From: a plasmid
Sequence record: CP121101.1
Length of the DNA: 64,000 nt
Strand: one strand, 5' to 3'
This document shows, piece by piece, positions 41,624-51,518 of this stretch; position 1 is the stretch's first letter; each line of letters opens with the position of its first letter. Below the pieces are notes generated by a model. The model worked only from the letters and a program-made list of their open reading frames with translations. It was not told the DNA's origin and ran no database searches. The position numbers were made by a program, and so were the translations under genes.

Positions 41624-41716
41624 AGCTCCAAGACTACCTCTTAAGTTAAGAGGGGCGAAGTGTCTGGATCTTCAAGGGGCCAATCTAACCAACACGGTCG
41701 TTAACCCGCCGAGAAG

Positions 41717-41815
41717 TGATACAAGGCAACTACGACAGTAGTTCAACAGTGATACAAGGCGACTACGTTGGTAGCTCAATGGTGATACGACTTGCATCAA
41801 ATGTGATTCGTTTAT
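41717..41815 (+). repeat. three direct repeats (about 33 bp, iteron-like), possible centromere or operator
   Basis: AGTGATACAAGGCAACTACGACAGTAGTTCAAC and AGTGATACAAGGCGACTACGTTGGTAGCTCAAT, followed by a partial third copy GGTGATACGACTTGCATC. Confidence 0.55.
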
Positions 41816-41905
41816 GATGCAAAGCGTTGACAAGGGTAAGGGCGAAAATGAGCACAACAATCACCAATCCTTGGCACCTAGACAGCATCTCTTAGCGAGG
41901 ACCTT

Positions 41906-42250
41906 ATGTTACCAAGCAGAAAAGGCGCATCGAAACTCGAGCCCTATACAGATGAACTCCTGGAGCTGAGGGGTAAACATTCGCTTGAGGTGATCCGTGA
42001 GTACCTAGAGGAGAAGTACAACATTGAGATAACAAGGTCCGCAATAAATGCGTTCGTAAAACGAAGACAGAAAATATTGGCAAGCCATAGTTCGACCCAA
42101 CCAACTCCTCTCGTCCCCAGCGAGGAACCCAAAATGGCGCCAGCCGCCGTGCAGCGTAGTCATGTGGCCGAACGACTTCCTTCTGCCACATCCAATAAGG
42201 TGGAAACGCCTGTAGTTGTTGACGTGTGGGCAGGCAAGGTAAAACTCTGA
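41906..42250 (+). CDS. hypothetical protein
   Basis: ORF downstream of the iteron-like repeats. Confidence 0.3.
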   Translation: MLPSRKGASKLEPYTDELLELRGKHSLEVIREYLEEKYNIEITRSAINAFVKRRQKILASHSSTQPTPLVPSEEPKMAPAAVQRSHVAERLPSATSNKVETPVVVDVWAGKVKL

Positions 42251-42268
42251 ATATTAGGGAATTAATAG

Positions 42269-43024
42269 ATGAAGATTGTTGTTGTATCTAAAACAGGATT
42301 TGTAGGAAAAACCGTTCTGTCTGCCCACTGGTTGAAAACCATGATGCCCGCAGCCCAGCTCTTCTCGATTGAGGACATGAACCAGGCCGCTGATGCACTT
42401 GGTGTTGACGTAACCACAATGAACGGGGGTCAATTCTCAAATCTGATGAATTCAATCATGGTAGAAGATGAGGCCATCATCGATGTGGGTATGAGCAACG
42501 TCCGGTTCTTCATCGACGGACTTCGCAAGTTCAGTAACTCTTGCCAAGAGTTCGACTACTACTTTATCCCCCTCACACCAGAGAAGCGTTGCCAGGCAGA
42601 GGCGGCAGAAACCATCAACACGCTGTTGGAAATTGGCGTTGACCCTGCTCGGATTCGCCCGATTTTCAACAAAATTCCAGCCACATTCTTCTCCTTCGAC
42701 CAGTTTGCAAGCTTCGTGTCATACATGAAAAAGCATACAAAAGTGGAGACCGACTTCCGGTGGGCAGTAGAAGAAAACCCGGCGTTTGAAATGCTGTCGC
42801 GGCAGGAGCTGAGCCTTGCTAGCGTGGTAGCTGATACTCGAGACTACAAAAGTGAGGCAAAGGCTATCGTTATGAAATCTCGTACAGAAGGGTTGGAGCT
42901 CGATGCCAGGAAGGTAGAAGAACTGACGTCCATGCACACTCTACGCATGTGCTGTGTTCCGCTCCTTGAGAAGCTCACTACAGTCTGGGGGGATTTACGT
43001 CTTACTACTAAGCAGGTCGCCTAA
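42269..43024 (+). CDS. hypothetical protein with degenerate P-loop-like N-terminus
   Basis: MKIVVVSKTGFVGKT... Confidence 0.35.
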   Translation: MKIVVVSKTGFVGKTVLSAHWLKTMMPAAQLFSIEDMNQAADALGVDVTTMNGGQFSNLMNSIMVEDEAIIDVGMSNVRFFIDGLRKFSNSCQEFDYYFIPLTPEKRCQAEAAETINTLLEIGVDPARIRPIFNKIPATFFSFDQFASFVSYMKKHTKVETDFRWAVEENPAFEMLSRQELSLASVVADTRDYKSEAKAIVMKSRTEGLELDARKVEELTSMHTLRMCCVPLLEKLTTVWGDLRLTTKQVA

Positions 43025-43461
43025 TGGCCCCGGAAAACCTATCGTTGAAGGGGGGCTTGTTACCGGCAGAACATTACCAGGCGATCTTTGCATCCATGCT
43101 TGGTGATGTGTACGAAGCCATTCAGGCAGCCAGCCGCCTACAACGAGAGGTGGAGCGTACCCACGAACTGTTTAGCAAGATTGAGTCGCTTTTAAAATGG
43201 CTATCCCGTGAGCGGCAAGAGATACATGATGCAGCAACACGCTTTGGTGTCATGCTAGAGCGGCTTGATGAAGAAAACGAGCGATTTATTCGTGTGCATC
43301 GTTCAACTCTCGATGCGATGAGGAGTGAGTTAGACTTCATAGCCCGCTCCGAAATGAAGGAGAGGGGAAGCAAGCTGAATGTTGTTACAAATGTTCCCTG
43401 GTTGGTAGCCATTATCTGTTCAGGCATTACAGGTTACTTACTTGGTATGATGGCGAAATGA
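43024..43461 (+). CDS. C-terminally membrane-anchored hypothetical protein
   Basis: Its start overlaps the previous stop. C-terminal TM helix WLVAIICSGITGYLLGMM. The hairpin GGCCG...CGGCC plus T7 at 43468..43496 looks like a terminator. Confidence 0.35.
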   Translation: MAPENLSLKGGLLPAEHYQAIFASMLGDVYEAIQAASRLQREVERTHELFSKIESLLKWLSRERQEIHDAATRFGVMLERLDEENERFIRVHRSTLDAMRSELDFIARSEMKERGSKLNVVTNVPWLVAIICSGITGYLLGMMAK

Positions 43462-43559
43462 ATTGAAGGCCGTACAGCGATTGTGCGGCCTTTTTTTGCT
43501 TATTCACTTCAGGTCGACTCGGCGATGCACCGTTCGAGAGATCGCTAGGTAGGCACATC

Positions 43560-45053
43560 AGCAAGCTGCAGCTAGATTCTGTATGGGCAGGGGGCCAACT
43601 AAGGCGAAGGCCGGGGGGGGGGCATCGGCTCTCGCCGGCCCGAGGCCCCGCCAGTACCGGCCGGGTGGAGTTATCCAAGGTACTGGCCTAGCATGCCTGG
43701 AGCCGGCGCCAGATCCTGCAGGGGCGGGGCCAACCAAGGTGCCGGCCGAAGAAACACCGGCTCCCGCACACCTGCAGGCCTGACCGTGGCAGCCCTAAGG
43801 CTGAGTTCTACGGCCTTAAAGCGTCAGAACAAACGCCCTCATAATCTCCTCCTTCCTCACATCCATGACTTGGCAAGCAAACAAATGCCTGCCGCCATCT
43901 CGAGCCTAACCGCATGACGCGAACCGGATATCCAGCCCGGGACGCACCGAGCATCCCAAACCGGTCCTCTGAACACCGAACCGAAACCGATAATGGGGCG
44001 GGCTACCTGGGACGTTGAGCTCGGGCCTTGCCAGCCCCAGCACACCTGACGGCCCCGCCGACTGCCATGAACCGGAACACTCGTCCAGCAGGGTACCGAG
44101 CCTGCGACGGCCCTGGCTCGACTTAACCAGCCCCGGCCCAGGGCCCGCCATGCACCGGCTCCCCCTGAACACCGAACCGACCGGCAGCCCGGGGCCACCT
44201 GCTGTACCGGCCCGCCGGACAGAGTACCGGATCCACCCCGCCGGCGGTGGCCAACTCGGGCTCCGAGACCGCGGCGGCCCGGGGCCACCGGCAGCACCAC
44301 CACACCGAATACAACTCCGGATCGGTCCACACTGGCCAAAGAGTCCGCGGCGGCACGATCCGTCAACCACACTCCACAAAGGCCAGCGCGAGCGCTACCA
44401 AAGCCCAGGATCTTGAGATCGGCATGCACACCGAGTAAATCCCGCCGCCACCTGGTCCAGCACACTTGCCGGCACCGCCGGACGTAGCACCCGATCCCCC
44501 GCCGGCGGTGGCCGCCCTCTGCCCGATCCCACGGTGACCCGGGCCATCCTGCTGCACCGCCCCGCCAGACGTTGTACCTCAGTGGCCCCCCATGCGCCGA
44601 GCACGCAGCAGCCCGAGACGTACCAGGTATTGCGCATCGGCTTACTCGACCCAGGGCACCAATGGGGATAGCGGTACCCGCTCGGCGGCCAGCATCTGCA
44701 GAATCAGCCCTGATCATTTAGTCCGGGCCCCTTAGACTCAGCACACCAGTGTGTGGAGCTCGAATACCGCCGGAGCCTTGGCTTGCTACTCTGCATGCAC
44801 ACCGACAAAAACCAGCCACCACAACTCCCGGCCCCACCGGCAACAGCACCGATCCGGGAGCTGCAGCGCCACCGGCAAGCACCGGAACACCCGCAGGCAG
44901 TGGCCACCCTCTAACCGAACCCGCCGGCCGCTACAACCGATCACCCCGCCGCTGCTGGGCACCCTGGATGCCGAACTCGCTGCCGCCCGGGGCCACCTGC
45001 AACACAGACCCATCGGAGGCCGCGCCGAATCCCCGCCCGGTCGCCGGCTACCC
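43560..45053 (+). repeat. third locus of the high-GC degenerate repeat family, abutting the Tn5393 IR
   Basis: About 370-bp higher-order units marked by GCATGCACACCGA(C/G)(A/T)AAA at 44424 and 44795. 90-bp subunits with ...CCGGATCCACCCCGCCGGCGGTGGCCAAC.... G11 homopolymer at 43611. Confidence 0.6.
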
Positions 45054-45134
45054 GGGGTCGTTTGCGGGAGAGGGCGAAATCCTACGCTAAGGCTTTGGCC
45101 AACGATATTCTCCGGTAAGATTGATGTGTTCCCA
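45054..45134 (+). repeat. Tn5393 81-bp terminal inverted repeat (strB-proximal end)
   Basis: GGGGTCGTTTGCGGGAGAGGGCGAAATCCTACGCTAAGGCTTTGGCCAACGATATTCTCCGG... Confidence 0.75.
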
Positions 45135-45159
45135 GGGGATAGGAGAAGTCGCTTGATAT

Positions 45160-45998
45160 CTAGTATGACGTCTGTCGCACCTGCTTGATCGCGGCCGCGA
45201 TAGCTAGATCGCGTTGCTCCTCTTCTCCATCCGCGTTCCAAGCTGCGGAAAGGCACCCATAAGCGTACGCCTGGTCGAGCAGGCGACGCGGATCGACGTC
45301 CAGCGCACGAGAGAATGCGTCCGCCATCTGTGCAATGCGTCTAGGATCGAGACAAAGGTCGTCTCTGTCAGCCGGATCGTAGAACATATTGGCGGCGCCA
45401 AAGCCCACTTCACCGACCAGACCGACGGGATCTATCACCAGCCAGCCGCGACTGGAGAACATGATGTTTTCATGATGCAGATCGCCATGTAGCCCACCAG
45501 TTCCGAGGCATTGCTCATCATTTGATCGGCTATAATCGCCGCGTGGACGTAGTCAGTTTGACAACCTGCGTTTTGATCATCGCGCGCCCGCTGAAACAAA
45601 GCTGCAAAGCGATCCCGGATCGGGAGAAGGGCAGAAGGCAGGGGTTCCTCAGATGCGGCATACAGCTTCGCCATTAGTTCCGCTGCAATTTCGGTCGCCT
45701 GGTAGTCGCCGTGCTCGGCAACGATGTGAGAGAGCATTCGCTCCCCGGCATATTCGAGCAACATCAGATTGTTCTCACGACCGAGCAACCGGACTGCTCC
45801 CCTCCCATTGCGCCATACCAGATAGTCGGCCCCGCGCAGTTCATCAGCAATGTCTTCTATAGGTTTCAATCCCTTGACGATTGCAGGAGTCCCGTCTGGC
45901 AATGAAACTTTCCAAACGAGGCTGGAAAAGGTGTCCGCAATGAGAACAGGTTGCGAAACGTGCCAATGAGCAGGAAAAACAGGCGGCATGAACATCAA
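45160..45998 (-). pseudogene. strB: strB / aph(6)-Id streptomycin phosphotransferase with a 1-bp deletion frameshift
   Basis: The N-terminal and C-terminal parts match StrB almost exactly. The frames switch at ...SNASEL, where GAACTG-GTGGGC replaces the canonical GAACTGCGTGGGC as I recall it. Confidence 0.85.
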
Positions 45999-46491
45999 AA
46001 CCCCAAGTCAGAGGGTCCAATCGCAGATAGAAGGCAAGGCGTTCGCGGTCGGGGGCTTCGATCCCCAATACATTGAATAGGACAGCGAAGGCGCGCTCTG
46101 CTTCATCTGGCGCTGCCCAGTTCTCTTCGGCGTTAGCAATCATGAGTGCCAAATCGGCATAGCGATCTGCTGTTCCGAGCCGCCCAAGGTCGATCAGACC
46201 CGTGCATTGAGTTTTAGGGTCCACCATGAAGTTTTAGGGCCCACCATGAAGTTCGGCATGCAGGGATCAGCTGCCATGGCAAAAGAAGTCCATATCGGCA
46301 TTGCGCTCTTGCGTCGAGCCGCTCAAACGGTAGCTCTCGTTCGACACGAGCCAAAAGCAAATCGAGCTGCGCGTACTCTTGAAGAAGGCATGCCCGTCAC
46401 CACGTCGAAAAACAAAATCACCAGATTCTCCGCCTCTGACAGGCAACCAGTCAGAATGCGATTCACCAAAAAAAATATTAGTTCGATTCAA
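45995..46491 (-). pseudogene. strA: strA / aph(3'')-Ib remnant with a ~156-bp internal deletion, extra substitutions, a 20-bp tandem duplication and frameshifts
   Basis: N-terminus MNRTNIFFGESHSDWLPVRGGESGDFVFRRGDGHAF. C-terminus VDPKTQCTGLIDLGRLGTADRYADLALMIANAEENW...LTWG. The middle of the gene is missing, and the sequence gttttagggtccaccatgaa is duplicated at 46211..46250. Confidence 0.8.
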
Positions 46492-46556
46492 TGGAGGTTC
46501 CTTCAGTTTTCTGATGAAGCGCGGAGGTGGCTCAACCTGCGAAAAGAAACGAGTTG

Positions 46557-47171
46557 CTACGTAAGTCCGAGAACATGCTTTCCATGGTCTCTGAGCTCGC
46601 CTTTGGGACCGACATATCGGTAGAGAGTGACGCGCTCGATGCCGAGTTCCTTGCAGAGATCGGAAACTGAAGTATCGCGCTGGGCCATGGCGGCTTGCGC
46701 GAGACGCACCTGAGCTTTGGTGAGCGCGAATTTTCGTCCGCCCTTGCGACCGCGCGCTCTCGCGGAGGCGAGACCCGCCATGGTGCGCTCTCGGATCAGA
46801 TCCCGCTCGAACTCGGCCAAGGTGGCGAAGATTCCGAACACCATGCGACCGGACGCAGTCGTGGTGTCGATCTGAGCGCCCTTTCCAGTCAGAACCCGCA
46901 GGCCGATCTTGCGGTCTGACAGCTCCTTCACCGTGTTGACCAGATGGGCAAGCGATCGTCCGAGGCGATCGAGCTTCCAGACCACCAGCACATCGCCGTC
47001 ACGCAATGACTTGAGGCAGGCAGTCAAGCCAGGGCGATCATCACGACCGCCGGAAGCAAGATCATCATAGATATTGTCCCGTTCGACACCTGCGGCGCGC
47101 AAGGCGTCGTGCTGCAGGTCGAGAGACTGCGAGCCATCGGCTTTGGAGACGCGGGCATATCCGATCAGCAT
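46557..47171 (-). CDS. tnpR: Tn5393 TnpR serine resolvase
   Basis: Resolvase N-terminal catalytic domain (YARVSKADGSQ) and C-terminal HTH. Divergent from tnpA, with the res region at 47172..47296. Confidence 0.8.
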   Translation of the reverse strand: MLIGYARVSKADGSQSLDLQHDALRAAGVERDNIYDDLASGGRDDRPGLTACLKSLRDGDVLVVWKLDRLGRSLAHLVNTVKELSDRKIGLRVLTGKGAQIDTTTASGRMVFGIFATLAEFERDLIRERTMAGLASARARGRKGGRKFALTKAQVRLAQAAMAQRDTSVSDLCKELGIERVTLYRYVGPKGELRDHGKHVLGLT

Positions 47172-47296
47172 GTATCACAAACGTTGGTTTGAGGCGGCGC
47201 TTCGGCCACGATTGCATTGACCTCTGGAAATGTATCTCAACCAGCTTCATAAACAAAGCGTCTTGAACGCTATCAGATTTTGAAAAAGGAACATGT

Positions 47297-49924
47297 ATGC
47301 CGCGTCGCGTCACTCTAACCGATCGGCAGAAAGACGCGCTGTTGCGCTTGCCGACTTCACAGACGGATTTGCTCAAGCACTATACGCTGAGTGATGAAGA
47401 CCTTGGGCATATCAGGCTGCGTCGGCGCGCTCACAACAGGTTCGGCTTCGCCCTGCAATTGTGTGTCCTGCGCTATCCCGGCCGGGTGCTGGCTCCAGGC
47501 GAACTGATCCCTGCAGAGGTCATCGAATTTATCGGAGCGCAGCTTGGCCTGGGTGCCGACGATCTCGTAGACTATGCTGCCCGCGAGGAAACACGGCACG
47601 AGCATCTTGCCGAGTTACGGGGGCTCTACGGCTTCCGCACCTTCTCCGGACGTGGTGCGAGCGAGCTGAAGGAATGGTTGTTCCGAGAAGCCGAGATGGC
47701 GGTGTCGAACGAGGATATCGCCCGTCGCTTCGTAGCCGAGTGCCGACGCACCCGCACTGTCCTTCCCGCGACATCCACGATCGAGCGGCTTTGTGCCGCG
47801 GCTCTCGTCGATGCCGAGCGACGCATCGAGACGAGGATCGCCAGTCGGCTGCCTATGTCGATCCGAGAACAGTTGCTGGCATTGCTCGAGGAGACGGCTG
47901 ATGATCGGGTGACCCGTTTTGTGTGGCTGCGCCAGTTCGAGCCTGGCTCGAACTCTTCGTCGGCCAACCGGCTGCTCGACCGGCTCGAATATCTGCAACG
48001 CATCGATCTCCCCGAGGATCTGCTTGCCGGCGTTCCTGCCCATCGGGTGACTCGTCTGCGCAGGCAGGGTGAACGGTATTATGCCGACGGCATGCGCGAT
48101 CTCCCGGAGGACAGGCGGCTTGCGATCTTGGCTGTTTGCGTCTCGGAATGGCAGGCGATGTTGGCCGACGCAGTGGTCGAAACCCACGACCGGATCGTCG
48201 GCCGTCTCTACCGTGCTTCGGAGCGTATTTGCCATGCAAAGGTCGCAGACGAAGCGGGGGTGGTGCGTGACACCCTGAAATCCTTCGCCGAGATCGGGGG
48301 CGCCCTGGTCGATGCACAGGATGATGGCCAGCCGCTGGGCGATGTCATCGCGAGTGGGTCAGGGTGGGACGGCTTAAAAACCCTTGTTGCAATGGCAACC
48401 AGGCTGACCGCCACCATGGCCGACGATCCGCTCAATCATGTGCTCGACGGTTATCACCGCTTCCGCCGATACGCTCCACGCATGTTGCGCCTGCTCGATC
48501 TGCGAGCTGCGCCCGTTGCACTGCCGCTTCTGGAAGCGGTGACGGCCCTTCGTACCGGTTTGAACGATGCCGCGATGACCAGCTTCTTGCGGCCCAGCTC
48601 GAAATGGCATCGCCACCTTCGGGCCCAGAGGGCTGGCGACGCTCGCCTATGGGAGATCGCGGTGCTGTTCCATCTGCGCGATGCGTTCCGCTCCGGAGAT
48701 GTCTGGCTTACTAGGTCCCGGCGCTATGGCGATCTGAAACACGCACTCGTTCCGGCACAATCCATCGCGGAAGGCGGTCGTCTCGCTGTGCCATTGCGGC
48801 CGGAGGAATGGCTGGCAGACCGGCAAGCTCGCCTCGACATGCGGTTGCGCGAGCTTGGCCGTGCCGCTCGCGCAGGCACGATCCCGGGCGGGTCGATTGA
48901 AAACGGCGTTCTGCATATCGAGAAACTCGAAGCCGCCGCGCCGACAGGCGCCGAAGATCTGGTGCTCGATCTCTACAAGCAGATCCCGCCCACGCGCATC
49001 ACCGATCTCCTGCTGGAGGTGGATGCGGCGACCGGCTTCACCGAAGCGTTCACCCATCTGCGCACAGGAGCACCCTGCGCTGACCGGATCGGGCTAATGA
49101 ACGTTATCTTGGCGGAAGGGATCAACCTCGGCTTGCGCAAAATGGCGGATGCGACAAACACCCACACCTTCTGGGAATTGATCCGCATTGGACGGTGGCA
49201 TGTCGAGGGCGAAGCCTATGACCGGGCGCTGGCCATGGTGGTCGAGGCACAGGCAGCGTTACCCATGGCCCGGTTCTGGGGCATGGGCACGTCGGCTTCG
49301 AGCGACGGACAGTTCTTCGTCGCTACAGAGCAAGGTGAGGCCATGAACCTGGTCAACGCGAAATATGGCAATACCCCGGGCCTGAAAGCCTATAGCCACG
49401 TCTCCGACCAATATGCGCCGTTCGCAACCCAGGTGATTCCTGCAACGGCAAGCGAAGCGCCTTACATCCTCGATGGCCTGCTGATGAACGATGCTGGACG
49501 CCATATCCGCGAGCAGTTCACCGACACGGGCGGCTTCACCGATCACGTCTTTGCCGCATGTGCCATTCTCGGCTACCGGTTCGCTCCGCGCATCCGCGAC
49601 CTGCCATCCAAACGGCTCTACGCGTTCAATCCGTCGGCCGCCCCGGCGCACCTGCGAGCGTTGATCGGCGGAAAGGTCAACCAAGCCATGATCGAGCGCA
49701 ATTGGCCCGACATCCTGCGCATCGCCGCCACCATTGCTGCCGGGACCGTCGCGCCAAGCCAGATTCTGCGGAAACTCGCCTCCTATCCGCGGCAGAACGA
49801 GCTCGCGACAGCCCTGCGGGAAGTCGGTCGCGTCGAGCGCACCCTGTTCATGATCGACTGGATTCTGGATGCCGAACTCCAACGGGGAACCGCAGAATTC
49901 GGAAAAAATCGTACGCTAAGCTAA
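47297..49924 (+). CDS. tnpA: Tn3-family transposase TnpA (Tn5393-like), 3'-truncated; its reading frame runs into a foreign IR
   Basis: 875 aa of typical Tn3-family TnpA. The usual C-terminus (Tn3-family TnpA proteins run to about 960-1000 aa) is missing and the ORF ends inside the IR at 49884..49920. Confidence 0.75.
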   Translation: MPRRVTLTDRQKDALLRLPTSQTDLLKHYTLSDEDLGHIRLRRRAHNRFGFALQLCVLRYPGRVLAPGELIPAEVIEFIGAQLGLGADDLVDYAAREETRHEHLAELRGLYGFRTFSGRGASELKEWLFREAEMAVSNEDIARRFVAECRRTRTVLPATSTIERLCAAALVDAERRIETRIASRLPMSIREQLLALLEETADDRVTRFVWLRQFEPGSNSSSANRLLDRLEYLQRIDLPEDLLAGVPAHRVTRLRRQGERYYADGMRDLPEDRRLAILAVCVSEWQAMLADAVVETHDRIVGRLYRASERICHAKVADEAGVVRDTLKSFAEIGGALVDAQDDGQPLGDVIASGSGWDGLKTLVAMATRLTATMADDPLNHVLDGYHRFRRYAPRMLRLLDLRAAPVALPLLEAVTALRTGLNDAAMTSFLRPSSKWHRHLRAQRAGDARLWEIAVLFHLRDAFRSGDVWLTRSRRYGDLKHALVPAQSIAEGGRLAVPLRPEEWLADRQARLDMRLRELGRAARAGTIPGGSIENGVLHIEKLEAAAPTGAEDLVLDLYKQIPPTRITDLLLEVDAATGFTEAFTHLRTGAPCADRIGLMNVILAEGINLGLRKMADATNTHTFWELIRIGRWHVEGEAYDRALAMVVEAQAALPMARFWGMGTSASSDGQFFVATEQGEAMNLVNAKYGNTPGLKAYSHVSDQYAPFATQVIPATASEAPYILDGLLMNDAGRHIREQFTDTGGFTDHVFAACAILGYRFAPRIRDLPSKRLYAFNPSAAPAHLRALIGGKVNQAMIERNWPDILRIAATIAAGTVAPSQILRKLASYPRQNELATALREVGRVERTLFMIDWILDAELQRGTAEFGKNRTLS
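49884..49920 (+). repeat. Tn3-family 37-bp terminal inverted repeat with the outer GGGG on the left (wrong orientation for the tnpA end)
   Basis: GGGGAACCGCAGAATTCGGAAAAAATCGTACGCTAAG, compare the Tn3 IR GGGG...CGAAAACTCACGTTAAG. Confidence 0.5.
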
Positions 49925-50071
49925 CGGTGTTCTCGTGACAGCTCTTTGACTAGGCTTTCTAAGGCCATTCTGATAGCCCTGACTTCCTGAAAAGCCATGG
50001 CTAAAATTTGTGCGGCTAAAAGGGATAACCGATGGTAAAGTAAGTTATCCCTGTCGAGATACTGAAAAGCG

Positions 50072-50947
50072 TTATCCTCGTTTTTCCCAAAACTGTTTTG
50101 CCAGTTCGCTCAGAGCGCTAGTTAACTGAGCGACAGATTTCGCACTTTGCAAATTATTCTGCCCGGTCTGTACATTGGTATCAGCAGCATCGCGTATATT
50201 GATAATACTGCGGTTTATGTCTTCACTTACTGCTCCCTGCTGCTCGACCGCAGTCGCTATTTGCGCGTTCATGTCGGTAATTTCGTTAACGCGTTGGCCA
50301 ATTCCATCAAGAGCTGTAGCTGCTTCCTCTGCGTGAGCTACACTCGTGTGCGCTTGCCGACTACTTTGCTCCATGACTGTAACAGCGGATTGCGCTCGCT
50401 CTTGTAGAGCGCTGATCATGCTTTGAATATCCGTTGTCGATTGCTGTGTGCGAGCAGCAAGACTGCGAACCTCATCGGCGACAACAGCAAAACCACGCCC
50501 CTGCTCACCAGCACGCGCGGCCTCAATTGCTGCGTTGAGTGCCAACAAATTCGTTTGCTCGGCGATCCCTCGTATAACGTCAAGAACTTTTGATATCTCG
50601 TTACTTTGACCTTCAAGCTCATGAATAACCTGAGTGGCTTGCCTAATTTCACCTTCAAGGGCAGTGATTGACTGGCTTGTGTGGGCTACCAGACGCTGGC
50701 CAGATGCCGTCTCAGTGTCTGCTCTTCCGGCCGCATCTGCAGCATGCTGTGCATTGCTCGCAACCTCTTGAATGCTTGCCACCATTTGGTTTACTGCCGT
50801 TGCTATTTGATCTGTCTCTGCCTGCTGCTCAACTGTAAGTACATTGCTTGACTCAATATCCTTTAGTAGGCCTCGGGTGTGTTCGCTAAGCCGATTTGAT
50901 GCATCACCTATGCGACCTACTATGGCGCCTGTTTCAGCTTGCATCAT
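50072..50947 (-). pseudogene. methyl-accepting chemotaxis protein fragment (signalling domain only)
   Basis: MCP signalling motifs ...[35 protein letters not shown]... The frame upstream shows the HAMP end ([11 protein letters not shown]) and then a stop near 51085. The N-terminal sensor region is absent. Confidence 0.6.
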
Positions 50948-51518
50948 TCGTAAAGCAAACTCTATTTGGCCAAACTCATCGGTGCGCCCAGTGTAGAGGG
51001 ATTGACTTAATGGGTTATTGGAAATATTCCGGCTCTTTCAACCAGTCTTCCAAGAGGAGAGAGAATAGCCAAAACACTAACAGAGCTTAAGCTTCCTGAC
51101 ATTAAAGTGGCTAACAATAAGCTGCTTATTGATGTATCAGTAAGCTGCTTATTGATGTATCAGTAAGCATGCCGGCAGCCATTGCGCTTGATATAATACT
51201 ACCCCATATGAGCAAGAGTATTTTCACGGAAAAGCTAGCAGCCAATTTCGGCCTCGCGGCCTTCCCGCTTCTCAATTGAGCATATAATTTTTCCGCAGCC
51301 AAAACCTGCTCAGGTTCAGGCTTGGTCCTTACAGACTGGTATTCAACAATCGGCTAACTGATGTCAGGCAGGGCCGCTGTCATTTTCAGAAGACGACTGC
51401 ACCAGTTGATTGGGCGTAATGGCTGTTGTGCAGCCAGCTCCTGACAGTTCAATATCAGAAGTGATCTGCACCAATCTCGACTATGCTCAATACTCGTGTG
51501 CACCAAAGCGAGGTGAGC

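Larger units (their letters stand above)
40354..41688 (-). mobile_element. IS2-like insertion sequence (IS3 family, IS2 group), 1335 bp, flanked by a 5-bp target duplication ACCAA
   Basis: The ends resemble the IS2 termini TAGATTGGCCCC... and ...GGGGTCAAATCCA. ACCAA is found at 40349..40353 and again at 41689..41693. Confidence 0.8.
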
